This document shows, piece by piece, positions 15,788 to 25,426 of a DNA stretch of 46,320 bases (positions are counted from its first letter, which is position 1; each line of letters starts with the position of its first letter). This DNA comes from a virus. Its lineage: Duplodnaviria > Heunggongvirae > Uroviricota > Caudoviricetes. The notes under the pieces are model-generated. The model was not told the DNA's origin, made no database searches, and was given only the letters and a program-made list of their open reading frames with translations. The stretch spans positions 1 to 46,320 of the IMG/VR virus record IMGVR_UViG_2645727562_000022. One strand, given 5' to 3'. Made by a program: the position numbers and the translations under genes.

Positions 15788-15946
15788 ATGCCAAGACCGA
15801 GAAGCAAATATCGACATAAACACAAATACCCGAAACAAATTAACCATCCCGATATTAACCCTCAATCAGAACCAATAATCAGATATGTAACAGCATTCAT
15901 CGTCGTTTTATGTGTCGTTACTTGGCTAGTTACACCACATATGTGA
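15788..15946 (+). CDS. Small tail-anchored membrane protein (52 aa)
   Basis: Not in the ORF track; GGAG RBS 7 nt upstream; MPRPRSKYRHKHKYPKQINHPDINPQSEPIIRYVTAFIVVLCVVTWLVTPHM has a basic N-terminus and one C-terminal hydrophobic helix. Confidence 0.35.
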   Translation: MPRPRSKYRHKHKYPKQINHPDINPQSEPIIRYVTAFIVVLCVVTWLVTPHM

Positions 15947-15953
15947 GGTATCT

Positions 15954-16181
15954 ATGAGCAACTTAGACGATGACTACGCAGACCGACTCGCTGACCTTCT
16001 CGAAGATATGGAAGGTGACGGCGTTGACTCGGTAGGAATGATTATGAACTGGGTAGCAGGATATGTTCAGGGAAGGATAGAGGTTAATGGCGCGGAAGCC
16101 TACATGTACCAGTTCGAAGATGCCGACATGATTATCCAGCTACAGGAACCGGAAGAAACCACAGCAGCGAGGTTGCATTGA
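15954..16181 (+). CDS. Hypothetical acidic protein (75 aa)
   Basis: ORF with GAGG RBS. Confidence 0.4.
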   Translation: MSNLDDDYADRLADLLEDMEGDGVDSVGMIMNWVAGYVQGRIEVNGAEAYMYQFEDADMIIQLQEPEETTAARLH

Positions 16182-16182
16182 T

Positions 16183-16551
16183 ATGGACTATTCACAGTTA
16201 TCAGATTTTGAAATTAACAGCGCAGTACATAATGCGAAACTAAAAGAGCCATATGATCTGGTGTTCATGGGTAATGATCGAATTGCATGGACGAAAGAAA
16301 ATGGCGATCAAATTATCACGGATAAAGTTCCTTACACCATAAACGGAGTGCATGACTACTGCAACAACCCGGCAGACGCATGGCCGATCATTGTTGGTAG
16401 CAAGATAAACATCAGGTTCGGTGCGGAAGGGATGGCTTGTGAGGCTCAGTTTATGCAGTACGGGCATGAGAGTGTGGAGTTTTACCACGCCAACCCCCTT
16501 CGAGCTGCAATGATTGTCTTTCTCATGATGCAGGACGCCAAACATGCTTAG
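16183..16551 (+). CDS. DUF2591-like nin-region protein
   Basis: DYCNNPADAWPIIVGSKINI resembles the DUF2591 signature common in lambdoid nin regions. Confidence 0.45.
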   Translation: MDYSQLSDFEINSAVHNAKLKEPYDLVFMGNDRIAWTKENGDQIITDKVPYTINGVHDYCNNPADAWPIIVGSKINIRFGAEGMACEAQFMQYGHESVEFYHANPLRAAMIVFLMMQDAKHA

Positions 16552-16720
16552 CCAATCAGAAGCCCAATCCTACGAGCAGCAGAGCATACGTCGAACGTTG
16601 TGCGCAGGCTGCACGAAGGAGCTATCAGACGATGAGGCCCACGTTTGTGAAGAATGCGCCTCACTGGCAATAGCGTATCGCGACCCTAACGGATTTATGA
16701 CGGAGGAAGATGATGAGTGA
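16544..16720 (+). CDS. ninF: NinF-like Cys-rich small protein (58 aa)
   Basis: Not in the ORF track; MLSQSEAQSYEQQSIRRTLCAGCTKELSDDEAHVCEECASL...EEDDE resembles lambda NinF (CxxC...CxxC, acidic C-terminus). Confidence 0.5.
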   Translation: MLSQSEAQSYEQQSIRRTLCAGCTKELSDDEAHVCEECASLAIAYRDPNGFMTEEDDE

Positions 16721-16931
16721 TTCAACAAGTAGCTCTGATTATTTGTACTTGGTTTTAGTGCCTGTGGCAGAAGTGTTCCGGTCTGAATTCCCTAATGGCA
16801 CTGCGCCATTCAATGCCATTCGTACCTATTCAAAATGCCGAGTGAAGTTTACAAGCAAGCGAATGGAAAGAGAGTGGCAGGAATTCTGCAAAAAACACGA
16901 TCTGAAAAACGACCCTGAACTGGAGTATTAA
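16710..16931 (+). CDS. Hypothetical protein (73 aa)
   Basis: ORF overlapping the ninF-like stop. Confidence 0.4.
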   Translation: MMSDSTSSSDYLYLVLVPVAEVFRSEFPNGTAPFNAIRTYSKCRVKFTSKRMEREWQEFCKKHDLKNDPELEY

Positions 16932-17222
16932 ATGGCTAACCTACGCAAAGAAGCACGCGGCAGGGAGTGCCAGGTGCGCATCTATGGTGTCTGCAATCAC
17001 AATCCTGAAACTACAGTGCTTGCTCATTATCGTATGGCTGGAATATGCGGCACTGGAACGAAGCCAGATGACCTTCTCGCAGCATGGGCATGTAGCAGTT
17101 GCCATGACGAGATAGACCGCAGAACGCATATCATCGACCACGAATTTGCAAAGATATACCACCTGGAAGGTGTAATGCGCACTCAGGACATTCTGCGCAA
17201 GGAGGGGAAAATAAAGACATGA
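16932..17222 (+). CDS. DUF1364-family protein (YbcO-like putative nuclease)
   Basis: 96 aa with conserved Cys/His pattern (CQVRIYGVCNHNPE...CSSCHDEIDRR), upstream of rusA as in DLP12-type prophages. Confidence 0.55.
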   Translation: MANLRKEARGRECQVRIYGVCNHNPETTVLAHYRMAGICGTGTKPDDLLAAWACSSCHDEIDRRTHIIDHEFAKIYHLEGVMRTQDILRKEGKIKT

Positions 17223-17584
17223 ATGAATATAACTTCATCCTTCCATGGCCTCCCAGCGTAAACACATACTGGCGACGGCAAGGAAGCAGGTATTACATCA
17301 GCAAGAAAGGCCAGCAGTACCGCAAAGAAGTTATCCAGATTATCAAAAACCTCAACCTAGACATCCTCACAAAATCACGGCTCCGCATCAAAATCATCGC
17401 CGCAGTGCCAGATTCCCGGCGCAGAGATATCGACAACATTTTGAAATGTCTCCTCGACTCACTTGTCCACGCCTCATTCGCTGAGGACGACGAGCAGTTT
17501 GATGATATTCGCGTGATTCGTGCAGCAAAAGTGAATGGCGGTCAGGTTGAAATCAAGATTACAGAACTATCGGAGGCGGCATGA
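17219..17584 (+). CDS. rusA: RusA Holliday-junction resolvase
   Basis: LPWPPSVNTYWRR...PDSRRRDIDNILK matches RusA (LPWPPSNNRYYRH...PDRRRRDLDNL). Confidence 0.9.
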   Translation: MNEYNFILPWPPSVNTYWRRQGSRYYISKKGQQYRKEVIQIIKNLNLDILTKSRLRIKIIAAVPDSRRRDIDNILKCLLDSLVHASFAEDDEQFDDIRVIRAAKVNGGQVEIKITELSEAA

Positions 17585-17814
17585 GCAAAATCCAATATCC
17601 AATGACCACAGCAGCAATTTTCGATGATGTCGTCTATCCGCTGCATTTCGATAACGCCGACAAGGTCAAGCAAGAAATTGACGGCGCTGTTAACTGGTTC
17701 TGCCGGTGGTGCAACGAAGAGAAGGCAGTCGTGAAGGCTGGTTTACTGGTCAGTTGCTGGGGTCAGTATCTGAATCATGAGCAGATTATGCAGGAGGTCA
17801 CATGTGCAGCGTAA
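17581..17814 (+). CDS. Hypothetical protein (77 aa)
   Basis: ORF coupled to rusA. Confidence 0.4.
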   Translation: MSKIQYPMTTAAIFDDVVYPLHFDNADKVKQEIDGAVNWFCRWCNEEKAVVKAGLLVSCWGQYLNHEQIMQEVTCAA

Positions 17815-17987
17815 CCAACATCCAGCAAGTCAAATGGCAGCGTCAGCGCGATATGCATACCGAGCAGGTGCTGATTGACAAAGAGCAGGAACTTGAGAGC
17901 AGCCTTGAGTATGTGCGTGAGCAGCTGCGGGAAGTGCGTAATAGGCTCGGAACGAACAAGCCAGACCATGACCCGGAGGCAGCGTAG
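17802..17987 (+). CDS. Hypothetical protein (61 aa)
   Basis: ORF in series. Confidence 0.35.
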   Translation: MCSVTNIQQVKWQRQRDMHTEQVLIDKEQELESSLEYVREQLREVRNRLGTNKPDHDPEAA

Positions 17988-18179
17988 ATGGACGTTAAAA
18001 ACTCGCTTGAGCGCCTTAAAAAGCTGAATGAAGAAAACAGAACTCCAGTGAGGGTATCTCGCGGCCTTCTTAAATCAGCGCTGATGGAAATTGAAATGCA
18101 GAGCAAATTACACGGTGAATCATTTGCAACGAGGATGGTCGCTGGTCAATTGAAAGAAGTGTTGGGGGTAAAGCCATGA
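17988..18179 (+). CDS. Hypothetical protein (63 aa)
   Basis: ORF in series. Confidence 0.35.
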   Translation: MDVKNSLERLKKLNEENRTPVRVSRGLLKSALMEIEMQSKLHGESFATRMVAGQLKEVLGVKP

Positions 18180-18787
18180 AACACACACCGATATTCGGCA
18201 TGGTCAACTTCATAGACGATGCTCATTTCCGCCGCGTATGGAAGCACCCAAAGAAAACCATCAACTCTCGCCAGAAAGCATGGGTTCACTACATGCTGCA
18301 GGTGTGGGGCAAGGTTAATGCAGGTGATGATTCCCCTGGAGGTGCAATCAACGTTATAGGTCGCCTGATGATTCGTAGCCAGTGGAGTGATGACAAGGCC
18401 AAACAGATTGAGTCTGTCGTCATGCGGCTTTACGAAGAAGATGGATTGCGTGGAGATGCGCTCTATAAGAAAGCTCGCGAACTGGTCATCCCTCAATCAT
18501 CGTTCAGCAACATCATCGCTCTCGCCAAAGAATCCGATGATGCTGCTTTCGTTGAACGTGTGATGGTCAAGACGTTTCACCGTGAAAGCCCCGTCCGCGA
18601 TGTAGCTATTAAGCGATATTGCAATCGCAATTGCACGCAAGATATCGCCAGGCTGATGAATGCAGTCACCGGAATGGATATCCAGTCATGCAGGAGAAGG
18701 GTCGTCTGGTGCGAGAATGTGCTCGATTCGGAAATCTTTTATGCGATGAGGCGCGAAATTGAGAAGGAATTTCCACAAGCAGCATAA
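18176..18787 (+). CDS. Q: Late-gene antiterminator Q (putative)
   Basis: 203-aa protein as the last gene before the late promoter-terminator leader and lysis cassette; call rests mainly on position and size. Confidence 0.55.
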   Translation: MKHTPIFGMVNFIDDAHFRRVWKHPKKTINSRQKAWVHYMLQVWGKVNAGDDSPGGAINVIGRLMIRSQWSDDKAKQIESVVMRLYEEDGLRGDALYKKARELVIPQSSFSNIIALAKESDDAAFVERVMVKTFHRESPVRDVAIKRYCNRNCTQDIARLMNAVTGMDIQSCRRRVVWCENVLDSEIFYAMRREIEKEFPQAA

Positions 18788-18813
18788 TTTTTAGGTAAAT
18801 TGTCCTAAATGTA

Positions 18814-18842
18814 TTGCTTTCGCAAAATTGAAGGTATATATT
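18814..18842 (+). promoter_or_regulatory. Candidate late promoter pR'
   Basis: TTGCTT, 17-bp spacer, TATATT, located 27 bp after the Q stop and about 180 bp upstream of a strong terminator. Confidence 0.4.
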
Positions 18843-19022
18843 TCATGTAGGCTCGGCAGTCAAAGACGAAAGAGCGTGTTGGTGAGATAACAGAGGCGGG
18901 GCTCACCAACGATTCCGCCTAGTTGGTAAAACCGCGTGTTTGCGCGACTACTCCAACCATCGCAGGCTGAGAGGTCTGCAAATTTTCGACGCGTAAGAGT
19001 TGCGGTTATCCAGCAACAACTA

Positions 19023-19055
19023 GGGCCCCGGCAGAGATGCAGGGGCCTTTTTATT
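19023..19055 (+). terminator. Rho-independent terminator (tR'-like)
   Basis: GGCCCC...GGGGCC stem followed by TTTTTATT. Confidence 0.65.
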
Positions 19056-19388
19056 GGCGAAATCTGGTAAGTGCATTGACTTGGTAATCCAGGATAGTTC
19101 CGGCTGGTCAATGGGGGCAGTGCTCTTTCCAGTTTTCGTCACGTTAGCGACTTTGCGGACTTTTAAGAAACGGACCACAAAGATAAATGCAAACGATGAT
19201 CAATTCCTGGCAGTAGCCTAATGGCTAAACACCAGTGAGGTCTTCCGACTCCTCATCAAAGAATTCGGCGCACTGGCCCGGTGTGATTAATAATGGGCGC
19301 ACGACCTTTCTGAAAGCACTCTATATCCAACAACCAGACCTCACACACCTCACCGTATCGCTCTGTGGCTACGGGTTAGAGTGCTGCC

Positions 19389-19415
19389 AAAAAAGAAAAC
19401 CCGCTCAATGGCGGG
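19389..19415 (-). terminator. Rho-independent terminator on the minus strand within the Q-S leader
   Basis: Minus strand GCCCGC-CATTGA-GCGGG followed by TTTTCTTTTTTGG; no annotated minus-strand gene feeds into it. Confidence 0.45.
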
Positions 19416-19583
19416 CTTCGTGAAGATGGGTGGCAAGAGACTGCGTCAACAGCCTCTTGCCTGATTTGCTCATGCCTTTAGTCACGAACAAACCACGTTA
19501 CCGCAAAATGTATCCTGGATTTGTTCTGATCACCATCATCCCTAATCCTAATTTGAACAAATCCTCACACCGTGGGGTAAGAC

Positions 19584-19907
19584 ATGAAGATGCCAGAAAA
19601 ACATGACCTGTTATCCGCATTAATTGCGGCAAAGGAACAAGGCATCGGAGCCATCCTTGCGTTTGCAATGGCGTACCTTCGCGGCAGATATAATGGCGGT
19701 GCGTTTACGAAAACAGTAATCGACGCAACGATGTGCGCCATTATCGCCTGGTTCGTACGTGACCTTCTCGACTTCGCCGGACTGAGTAGCAACCTTGCCT
19801 ATATCGCAAGTGTGTTCATCGGTTACATCGGTACTGACTCGATAGGTTCGCTAATCAAACGCTTCGCTGCTAAAAAAGCCGGAGTCGATGATGCAAATCA
19901 GCAGTAA
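19584..19907 (+). CDS. S: Class I holin, lambda S type (dual start)
   Basis: [57 protein letters not shown]... is near-identical to lambda S, including the Met1-Lys2-Met3 antiholin/holin dual start. Confidence 0.95.
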   Translation: MKMPEKHDLLSALIAAKEQGIGAILAFAMAYLRGRYNGGAFTKTVIDATMCAIIAWFVRDLLDFAGLSSNLAYIASVFIGYIGTDSIGSLIKRFAAKKAGVDDANQQ

Positions 19908-20328
19908 CGGAATCAACAAACTTAAACGTGAAGAAGGCGAGAAGCTTAAAGCTTATCTCGACAGTCGCGGCATACCAACAATCGGTGTTGGTCATACCGG
20001 GAAGGTTGACGGCAAGCCAATTGCTCTTGGCATGACTATCACAGCAGAAAAATCATCTGAGCTTCTGAAAGGTGACCTGCGGTGGGTAGAAGATGCAATC
20101 AGCAGCCTTGTGCGCGTTCCGCTTAATCAAAACCAGTACGATGCTTTGTGCAGCCTGATATTCAATATCGGCAAAACAGCATTCGCAGGGTCTACAGTTC
20201 TTCGCCAGCTCAACCTGAAGAATTACCAGGCTGCCGCTGATGCATTCCTGCTCTGGAAGAAGGCTGGTAATGATCCCGACATCCTTCTCCCTCGGAGACA
20301 ACGAGAAAGAGCGCTGTTCTTATCATGA
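19888..20328 (+). CDS. Endolysin, phage lysozyme (GH24, P22 gp19 type)
   Basis: [40 protein letters not shown]... matches P22 lysozyme with the catalytic Glu/Asp/Thr context. Confidence 0.95.
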   Translation: MMQISSNGINKLKREEGEKLKAYLDSRGIPTIGVGHTGKVDGKPIALGMTITAEKSSELLKGDLRWVEDAISSLVRVPLNQNQYDALCSLIFNIGKTAFAGSTVLRQLNLKNYQAAADAFLLWKKAGNDPDILLPRRQRERALFLS

Positions 20329-20783
20329 GCAGAATAACCGCAATAATCATTGCAGCAATCGCCTGCATCATTGTCTCGCTTGGATGGGCTGTTAATCACT
20401 ACCGTGACAACGCCATTGACTACAAAGAGCAGAGAGACAAGGCCAATAAAGACCTCAATCTGGCGAAAGAAACAATAAGCGACATGCAGACGCGCCAGCG
20501 CGACGTTGCCGCTCTCGACGCTAAATACACGAAGGAGCTTTCTGATGCTAATGCGACTATCGAAAGTCTCCGCGCTGATGTTTCTGCTGGGCGTAAGCGC
20601 CTGCAAGTCTCCGCCACCTGTTCAAAGTCAGCGTCCGGAACCAGCGGCATGGGCGATGGAGAAAGCCCAAGACTTACAACAGATGCTGAGCTCAATTATT
20701 ACCGTCTCCGAAGTGGAATCGACAAAATAACCGCTCAGGTGAATTACCTGCAGGAATACATAAAAACTCAGTGCCTGAAGTAA
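20325..20783 (+). CDS. Rz: Rz i-spanin
   Basis: N-terminal transmembrane helix, coiled-coil periplasmic domain, directly after the endolysin. Confidence 0.85.
   Translation: MSRITAIIIAAIACIIVSLGWAVNHYRDNAIDYKEQRDKANKDLNLAKETISDMQTRQRDVAALDAKYTKELSDANATIESLRADVSAGRKRLQVSATCSKSASGTSGMGDGESPRLTTDAELNYYRLRSGIDKITAQVNYLQEYIKTQCLK
20545..20730 (+). CDS. Rz1: Rz1 o-spanin (lipoprotein embedded in Rz, +1 frame)
   Basis: AAGGAG RBS 7 nt before ATG 20545; lipobox VSAC; proline-rich mature region; nested in Rz. Confidence 0.7.
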   Translation: MLMRLSKVSALMFLLGVSACKSPPPVQSQRPEPAAWAMEKAQDLQQMLSSIITVSEVESTK

Positions 20784-21077
20784 CCCACCATAGCGCTACA
20801 TCTTCGCTGCTTACCTGCATTAGCCATGACTGCAGCCCCTCCTTTCTGCAAGAGCGTGCAGGTTATTCGAAAAAGATGATACCGCGTCACAGCATTGCGG
20901 GATGTCCGTGGCGTTCATAGCTGCCTTCTCAAGCAGTGGTAGAAGAATTGAGGAAATATAAAGTTCTGCAAATGGTGTCGGTAAAGCGCCATTGACAGAG
21001 TTTTATGTAGATATGAAGTGACAAGGGTGTCGGCAATTGCCGTACAGATATCAAAAACCCCAGCAGGAAATTCCAAA

Positions 21078-21287
21078 ATGACTAAACGCGCTATCTCAAC
21101 TGGTGGTTATCCAATCGAAGTATCCACCCCTACCGACCCGGTAACCATTCCTGCAGCGACAACCTCAGCAATCGGCGGGGTGAAGAAGATGGCAGCGCAG
21201 GCTGATTCAACTGCAACTGACGTTGCTGGTCTGCTGGCAGATTTCAACGCTCTGCTGGCTAAAGCCCGCACTGCCGGACTGATGTGA
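21078..21287 (+). CDS. Hypothetical protein (69 aa)
   Basis: Internal ATG with AGGA RBS; Ala/Thr-rich; precedes the packaging module. Confidence 0.35.
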   Translation: MTKRAISTGGYPIEVSTPTDPVTIPAATTSAIGGVKKMAAQADSTATDVAGLLADFNALLAKARTAGLM

Positions 21288-21449
21288 TGATCACCATGAA
21301 GGTGGTCGCACAAAAGCGGTGGTGGGTTAGCCCATTACTTTCCGTGCTTAAGGCATTTGTCTATGCACGCATCGTTAAAGAGAAACACTTCAAATCCCTG
21401 TCAGGCTTTATTGCCCGATGGGGATTCAAGTTCAAGGCGGAGAAGTGAA

Positions 21450-21674
21450 ATGGCGCGAGTATTGAAGCAGGCAAAGGTTAGGGCCATTTACCCGGGAGGT
21501 AGGGAGGTTAATGGCTACACGACATCCCCGCCCAGTAAAACCGATGAACCTTTCCAGGTATGGGTATCTGAAAAGGGCGATGGGATAGAAGTGACTAGCA
21601 TCCTCATTAATCCCTCGCTGGCTGAATCAGTAGAGTTTACCTTCCAGTACGAAACGCGAGATTACGGTAAATAA
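21450..21674 (+). CDS. Hypothetical protein (74 aa)
   Basis: Internal ATG 21450 with GGAG RBS; immediately upstream of terS. Confidence 0.35.
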   Translation: MARVLKQAKVRAIYPGGREVNGYTTSPPSKTDEPFQVWVSEKGDGIEVTSILINPSLAESVEFTFQYETRDYGK

Positions 21675-21675
21675 C

Positions 21676-22230
21676 ATGGCAAAGCTCACCGACAAACAAG
21701 AGCTGTTTGCCCGTGAGTTCATAATTGACCTCAATGCCACTCAGGCAGCCATAAGGGCGGGCTACAGCGAGAAGTCATCCCGCAACCAGGGTGCGAGGAT
21801 GATGGCAAATGATGACATTTTAGACCGCATTGCTGAGCTTAAGGCCGAGCGCAATGAGCAAGTAGGTGTAGACGCTGCTTACGTATTGCGACGTCTCACT
21901 GAAATCGACCAGATGGATGTGCTCGACATCCTGCTTGCTAACGGCGAGCTTAAGCCCATTAAAGACTGGCCTAAGGTATGGCGCACAACGCTATCAGGAA
22001 TGGATGTCGTCGAGATGGCATCAGCTGACAGCGCTGCTCTGCTGAAGAAAATTAAATGGCCTGACAAGGTGAAGAACCTTGAGCTGCTAGGTAAGCACGT
22101 AGACGTGCAGGCGTTTAAAGAAAACATAAAGACCGAGCAGACGGGAACAATGCAAGTCGTCAACTACTCGCCATCTGATTATGCCGCAGCGCAGCAAGCG
22201 CTAGAGGGGAAGCTAACCGGGCTGGATTAA
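21676..22230 (+). CDS. Terminase small subunit (Terminase_2 type)
   Basis: N-terminal HTH LTDKQELFAREFIIDLNATQAAIRAGYS is the Terminase_2 signature. Confidence 0.85.
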   Translation: MAKLTDKQELFAREFIIDLNATQAAIRAGYSEKSSRNQGARMMANDDILDRIAELKAERNEQVGVDAAYVLRRLTEIDQMDVLDILLANGELKPIKDWPKVWRTTLSGMDVVEMASADSAALLKKIKWPDKVKNLELLGKHVDVQAFKENIKTEQTGTMQVVNYSPSDYAAAQQALEGKLTGLD

Positions 22231-22234
22231 GCAT

Positions 22235-23893
22235 ATGAACGAAATTATCGAATGGGATGATTTGTCATTCCCTGAGCGGGTCGTACTTCGTTCAAAGTCC
22301 ACCAAATCGTTTCTTAACTTCACACGCCTGTGGTTTGAGCTGATTCAGGGTGATCGCCTTCTGGTTAACTGGCATCACCGGCTAATGGCGTCAAAGATTG
22401 ATGACCTTATCGCCGGAAGATTAGAGCCGCGCAACCTAATTATCAACATACCGCCTGGCGGGACGAAAACAGAGTTCTTCTCCATTCACTTTCCTGCCTA
22501 CGTCAACGCACTGGTGCAGGAAGGCAAACTCAAGCGCTTTCGTAACCTGAATATCTCGTTTGCTGACACCCTGGTTAAACGTAACTCACGCCGCACCAGG
22601 GACATTATTGCCAGCAAAGAGTATCAGGAGCTCTGGCCTTGCTCATTCGGTGTTAACCAGGCTGAAGAGTGGGAGATAAAAGACGATCGCGGCCGCTCAA
22701 TCGGTCAGACAGTTTCCCGTTCAAGCAACGGGCAAATCACCGGTGGTCGTGGCGGCTACTTCGGTCCCGAGTTCTCCGGCATGGTCATGTTGGATGACTA
22801 CAACAAGCCAGTCGACATGCTCAGCGAATCGCGCAGGAACAGCGCCAACACGCTTCTGGTAAACACCATTCGCTCTCGTCGTGGAGATAAGTCCAAAGAG
22901 CACCCAACGCCGTTTGTGAGCATTCAGCAGCGCCTTCACACCGACGATGCAACAGGATTCATGTTATCAGGCGGAATGGGCGTTAAGTTCCACCATGTCG
23001 CCATCCCTGCGCTGATTGACGAAAAGTACATTCAGTCTCTTGCTGAGCCATGGCGCTCTCTGTGCTGGGAGACGATAAAAGACACCGACTCTGTGGAAGT
23101 GTCCGGTACTCGTTACTGGTCATACTGGCCGCAGATGGAAGACGTGAACGACCTCCTGCAGCTTTGGGAGAAAGACCGTTACACATTCCTCTCACAGTAC
23201 CAGCAAAACCCTATGGCGCTTACTGGCGGCATCATTGATACAGACTGGTTCCAGACCTACACCTCGCTTCCTAAGCTCACTCATCGCGCCGTGTACGTTG
23301 ATACAAACAGCGGCAAGGTAGAGGACTGGCTTGACTACACGGTATTCACGCTGGTTGGCATGGGCGTGGATGGCAATCTCTACATCATCGATGTAGTACG
23401 TGGTCGCTGGGACCCTGAAGACCTCCTGAAGAAAGCAGAAGAGGTCTGGGAGAAATGGCGCATGCAGGGCTCGCTACGAATCATGCCAATGCGACACATG
23501 GCTATCGAAGAGAAACAGGCTGGTCAAGGCCTGATAACAACCCTCAAGAAGCGCAACAGTATTCCGGTTAAAGAGATCCCTCGAGGTGCAGGCCAGAACA
23601 AACTGGTTCGCTGCCTTAACGTCATTCCTCAGATTAAAACTGGCAAGGTTTATGTTCCTGCCACTCATGATGAGAACGGAGCTATCAGGCCTCACGTTTA
23701 CTACGAAGACGGAACGGTAGCCGGTACTACCTCATGGGTTATCACCGCAATGACTGAATGCGCCGCGTTCTCTGCTGACGACAGTCACGACAATGACGAC
23801 ATCCTTGACACCTGGATGGACGCCATTGACGACAATCTTATTTCTGGTCGCCAGCCAATGGTTATCGACCCGAGCCAACTCAGGAGAATTTAA
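22235..23893 (+). CDS. Terminase large subunit
   Basis: 552 aa with a P-loop-like NIPPGGTKTEF ATPase motif and a C-terminal nuclease-like acidic region; between terS and portal. Confidence 0.8.
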   Translation: MNEIIEWDDLSFPERVVLRSKSTKSFLNFTRLWFELIQGDRLLVNWHHRLMASKIDDLIAGRLEPRNLIINIPPGGTKTEFFSIHFPAYVNALVQEGKLKRFRNLNISFADTLVKRNSRRTRDIIASKEYQELWPCSFGVNQAEEWEIKDDRGRSIGQTVSRSSNGQITGGRGGYFGPEFSGMVMLDDYNKPVDMLSESRRNSANTLLVNTIRSRRGDKSKEHPTPFVSIQQRLHTDDATGFMLSGGMGVKFHHVAIPALIDEKYIQSLAEPWRSLCWETIKDTDSVEVSGTRYWSYWPQMEDVNDLLQLWEKDRYTFLSQYQQNPMALTGGIIDTDWFQTYTSLPKLTHRAVYVDTNSGKVEDWLDYTVFTLVGMGVDGNLYIIDVVRGRWDPEDLLKKAEEVWEKWRMQGSLRIMPMRHMAIEEKQAGQGLITTLKKRNSIPVKEIPRGAGQNKLVRCLNVIPQIKTGKVYVPATHDENGAIRPHVYYEDGTVAGTTSWVITAMTECAAFSADDSHDNDDILDTWMDAIDDNLISGRQPMVIDPSQLRRI

Positions 23894-25426
23894 GTGTGGC
23901 CGTTTAAAAAGAAACAAGTCGCCGCGCCTGAGCCGGTGAAAGAACAAAAGCCTGAGATGAAAATCCGGGCTGAGGCGGTAGCAGAAATTCAGGCCAAGCC
24001 ACCTCGCGAGATTGAACAGTACAAGCCACCAAGCGGAGTTATCCCTGAGAGCATAGAGAAAGGCATACTGGCGATGGACTCAACGCCATACGCCGCTCTG
24101 AACGAAGCTTATATGGGATATACCTATGGCTATCCTGACAGCTTCCCCGGCTATCCATACCTGGCTACGCTCGCTCAAAAGCCTGAGTATCGCAAGATGG
24201 TGGGAACCATCGCTGAAGAGATGACCCGTAAGTGGATAAAGCTTAAGACGGTCGGTGATGACGATAAAGCAGAGCGAGTCAAACAACTCTACGCTGCAAT
24301 GGAAAAGTTCAAGGTTAAGGACCGATTTCGCGAAGCAGCAGAGCATGACGGCTACTTTGGCGGCGGACAGATTTATATCGATGTTCAGTCAGCCAGGGGT
24401 GTGTCTGCATGGACTGACCCGGTAGAGCTTGGGTCAAAGCTGTTCCTGTCTGACAAGAAGATTAAGAAAGGCAGCCTCAAGGGATTTACCGTTATCGAGC
24501 CAGTATGGACTTACCCGGGCGTCTACAACACAGATAACCCGATGAGCCCTGACTTCTACAAACCGACAGAATGGTTTGTGATGGCTAAGACGGTCAATGC
24601 CAGCCGTATGATGGACTTCGTATCTCGCGAGGTGCCTGACCTTCTTAAGGCTGCATACAACTTCCGTGGGCTGAGCCTGACGCAAATTGCCGAGCCATAC
24701 GTCAATAACTGGCTAAGAACGCGAGACAGTGTTAGCGACCTGATTCACTCGTTCACCATTCCTGTTCTCTCAACCAATATGGGGACAGTGTTACAAGGCG
24801 GTGGAGCAGAGTCGCTTATCAAGCGCCTTCAGATGCTCAATCAGTGTCGGGATAATCGCGGCGCTTTCGCAGTAGATAACACGCCAAACCAGGAAGAAAA
24901 GGCTGAGTTCATTAGCGCACCTCTTGGTGGTCTTGATGCCTTACAGGCGCAGGCACAGGAGCAAATGGCAGCAGTTTCCAGCATTCCTCTGGTTAAGCTG
25001 CTAGGCATCTCACCTGCTGGCCTTAACGCATCATCAGATGGCGAGATTCGAGTCTTCTACGACTATATTCACGCCCTGCAGCAATCCATCTTCAAAGACA
25101 ACCTGAAGCGCGTTCTGGACATCATCCAGCTTTCAGAGTTTGGCGACATCGACCCGGATATCTACTTCGAGTTTGAGCCTCTCTACGAGATGACCGAGAA
25201 AGAGAAAGCGGAAATCCGCAAGATTGACGCTGACACCGACGCGGTTAACGTAGCAACCGGTGCGCTGACGGGTAATGAGATTCGGCAGAAGATCGCAAAT
25301 GACCCTGACAGCCCATACCACTCACTGGACCTAAGCGATGACATCGAAATCGAAGACGACTACGAAGACGATGACCAGCGGGAAGAAGAAATCGACGCAG
25401 CAAACGCTGAGAGCAATTCATCCTAA
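23894..25426 (+). CDS. Portal protein (DUF1073-like)
   Basis: 510 aa directly after terL; AGGAG RBS with GTG start; acidic C-terminal tail. Confidence 0.7.
   Translation: MWPFKKKQVAAPEPVKEQKPEMKIRAEAVAEIQAKPPREIEQYKPPSGVIPESIEKGILAMDSTPYAALNEAYMGYTYGYPDSFPGYPYLATLAQKPEYRKMVGTIAEEMTRKWIKLKTVGDDDKAERVKQLYAAMEKFKVKDRFREAAEHDGYFGGGQIYIDVQSARGVSAWTDPVELGSKLFLSDKKIKKGSLKGFTVIEPVWTYPGVYNTDNPMSPDFYKPTEWFVMAKTVNASRMMDFVSREVPDLLKAAYNFRGLSLTQIAEPYVNNWLRTRDSVSDLIHSFTIPVLSTNMGTVLQGGGAESLIKRLQMLNQCRDNRGAFAVDNTPNQEEKAEFISAPLGGLDALQAQAQEQMAAVSSIPLVKLLGISPAGLNASSDGEIRVFYDYIHALQQSIFKDNLKRVLDIIQLSEFGDIDPDIYFEFEPLYEMTEKEKAEIRKIDADTDAVNVATGALTGNEIRQKIANDPDSPYHSLDLSDDIEIEDDYEDDDQREEEIDAANAESNSS

Noticed and set aside
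18860-19423. ORFs 18860-19111 (-) and 19235-19423 (+) in the Q-S leader
   Set aside because: No RBS, non-ATG starts and junk-like composition, and they lie across the predicted late terminator; treated as non-coding leader.
19056-19583. Search for tRNA genes between Q and the holin
   Set aside because: No T-arm-like GTTCGAATC / GGTTCGA motifs or cloverleaf-sized paired segments were seen by eye; cannot exclude without tRNAscan-type analysis.
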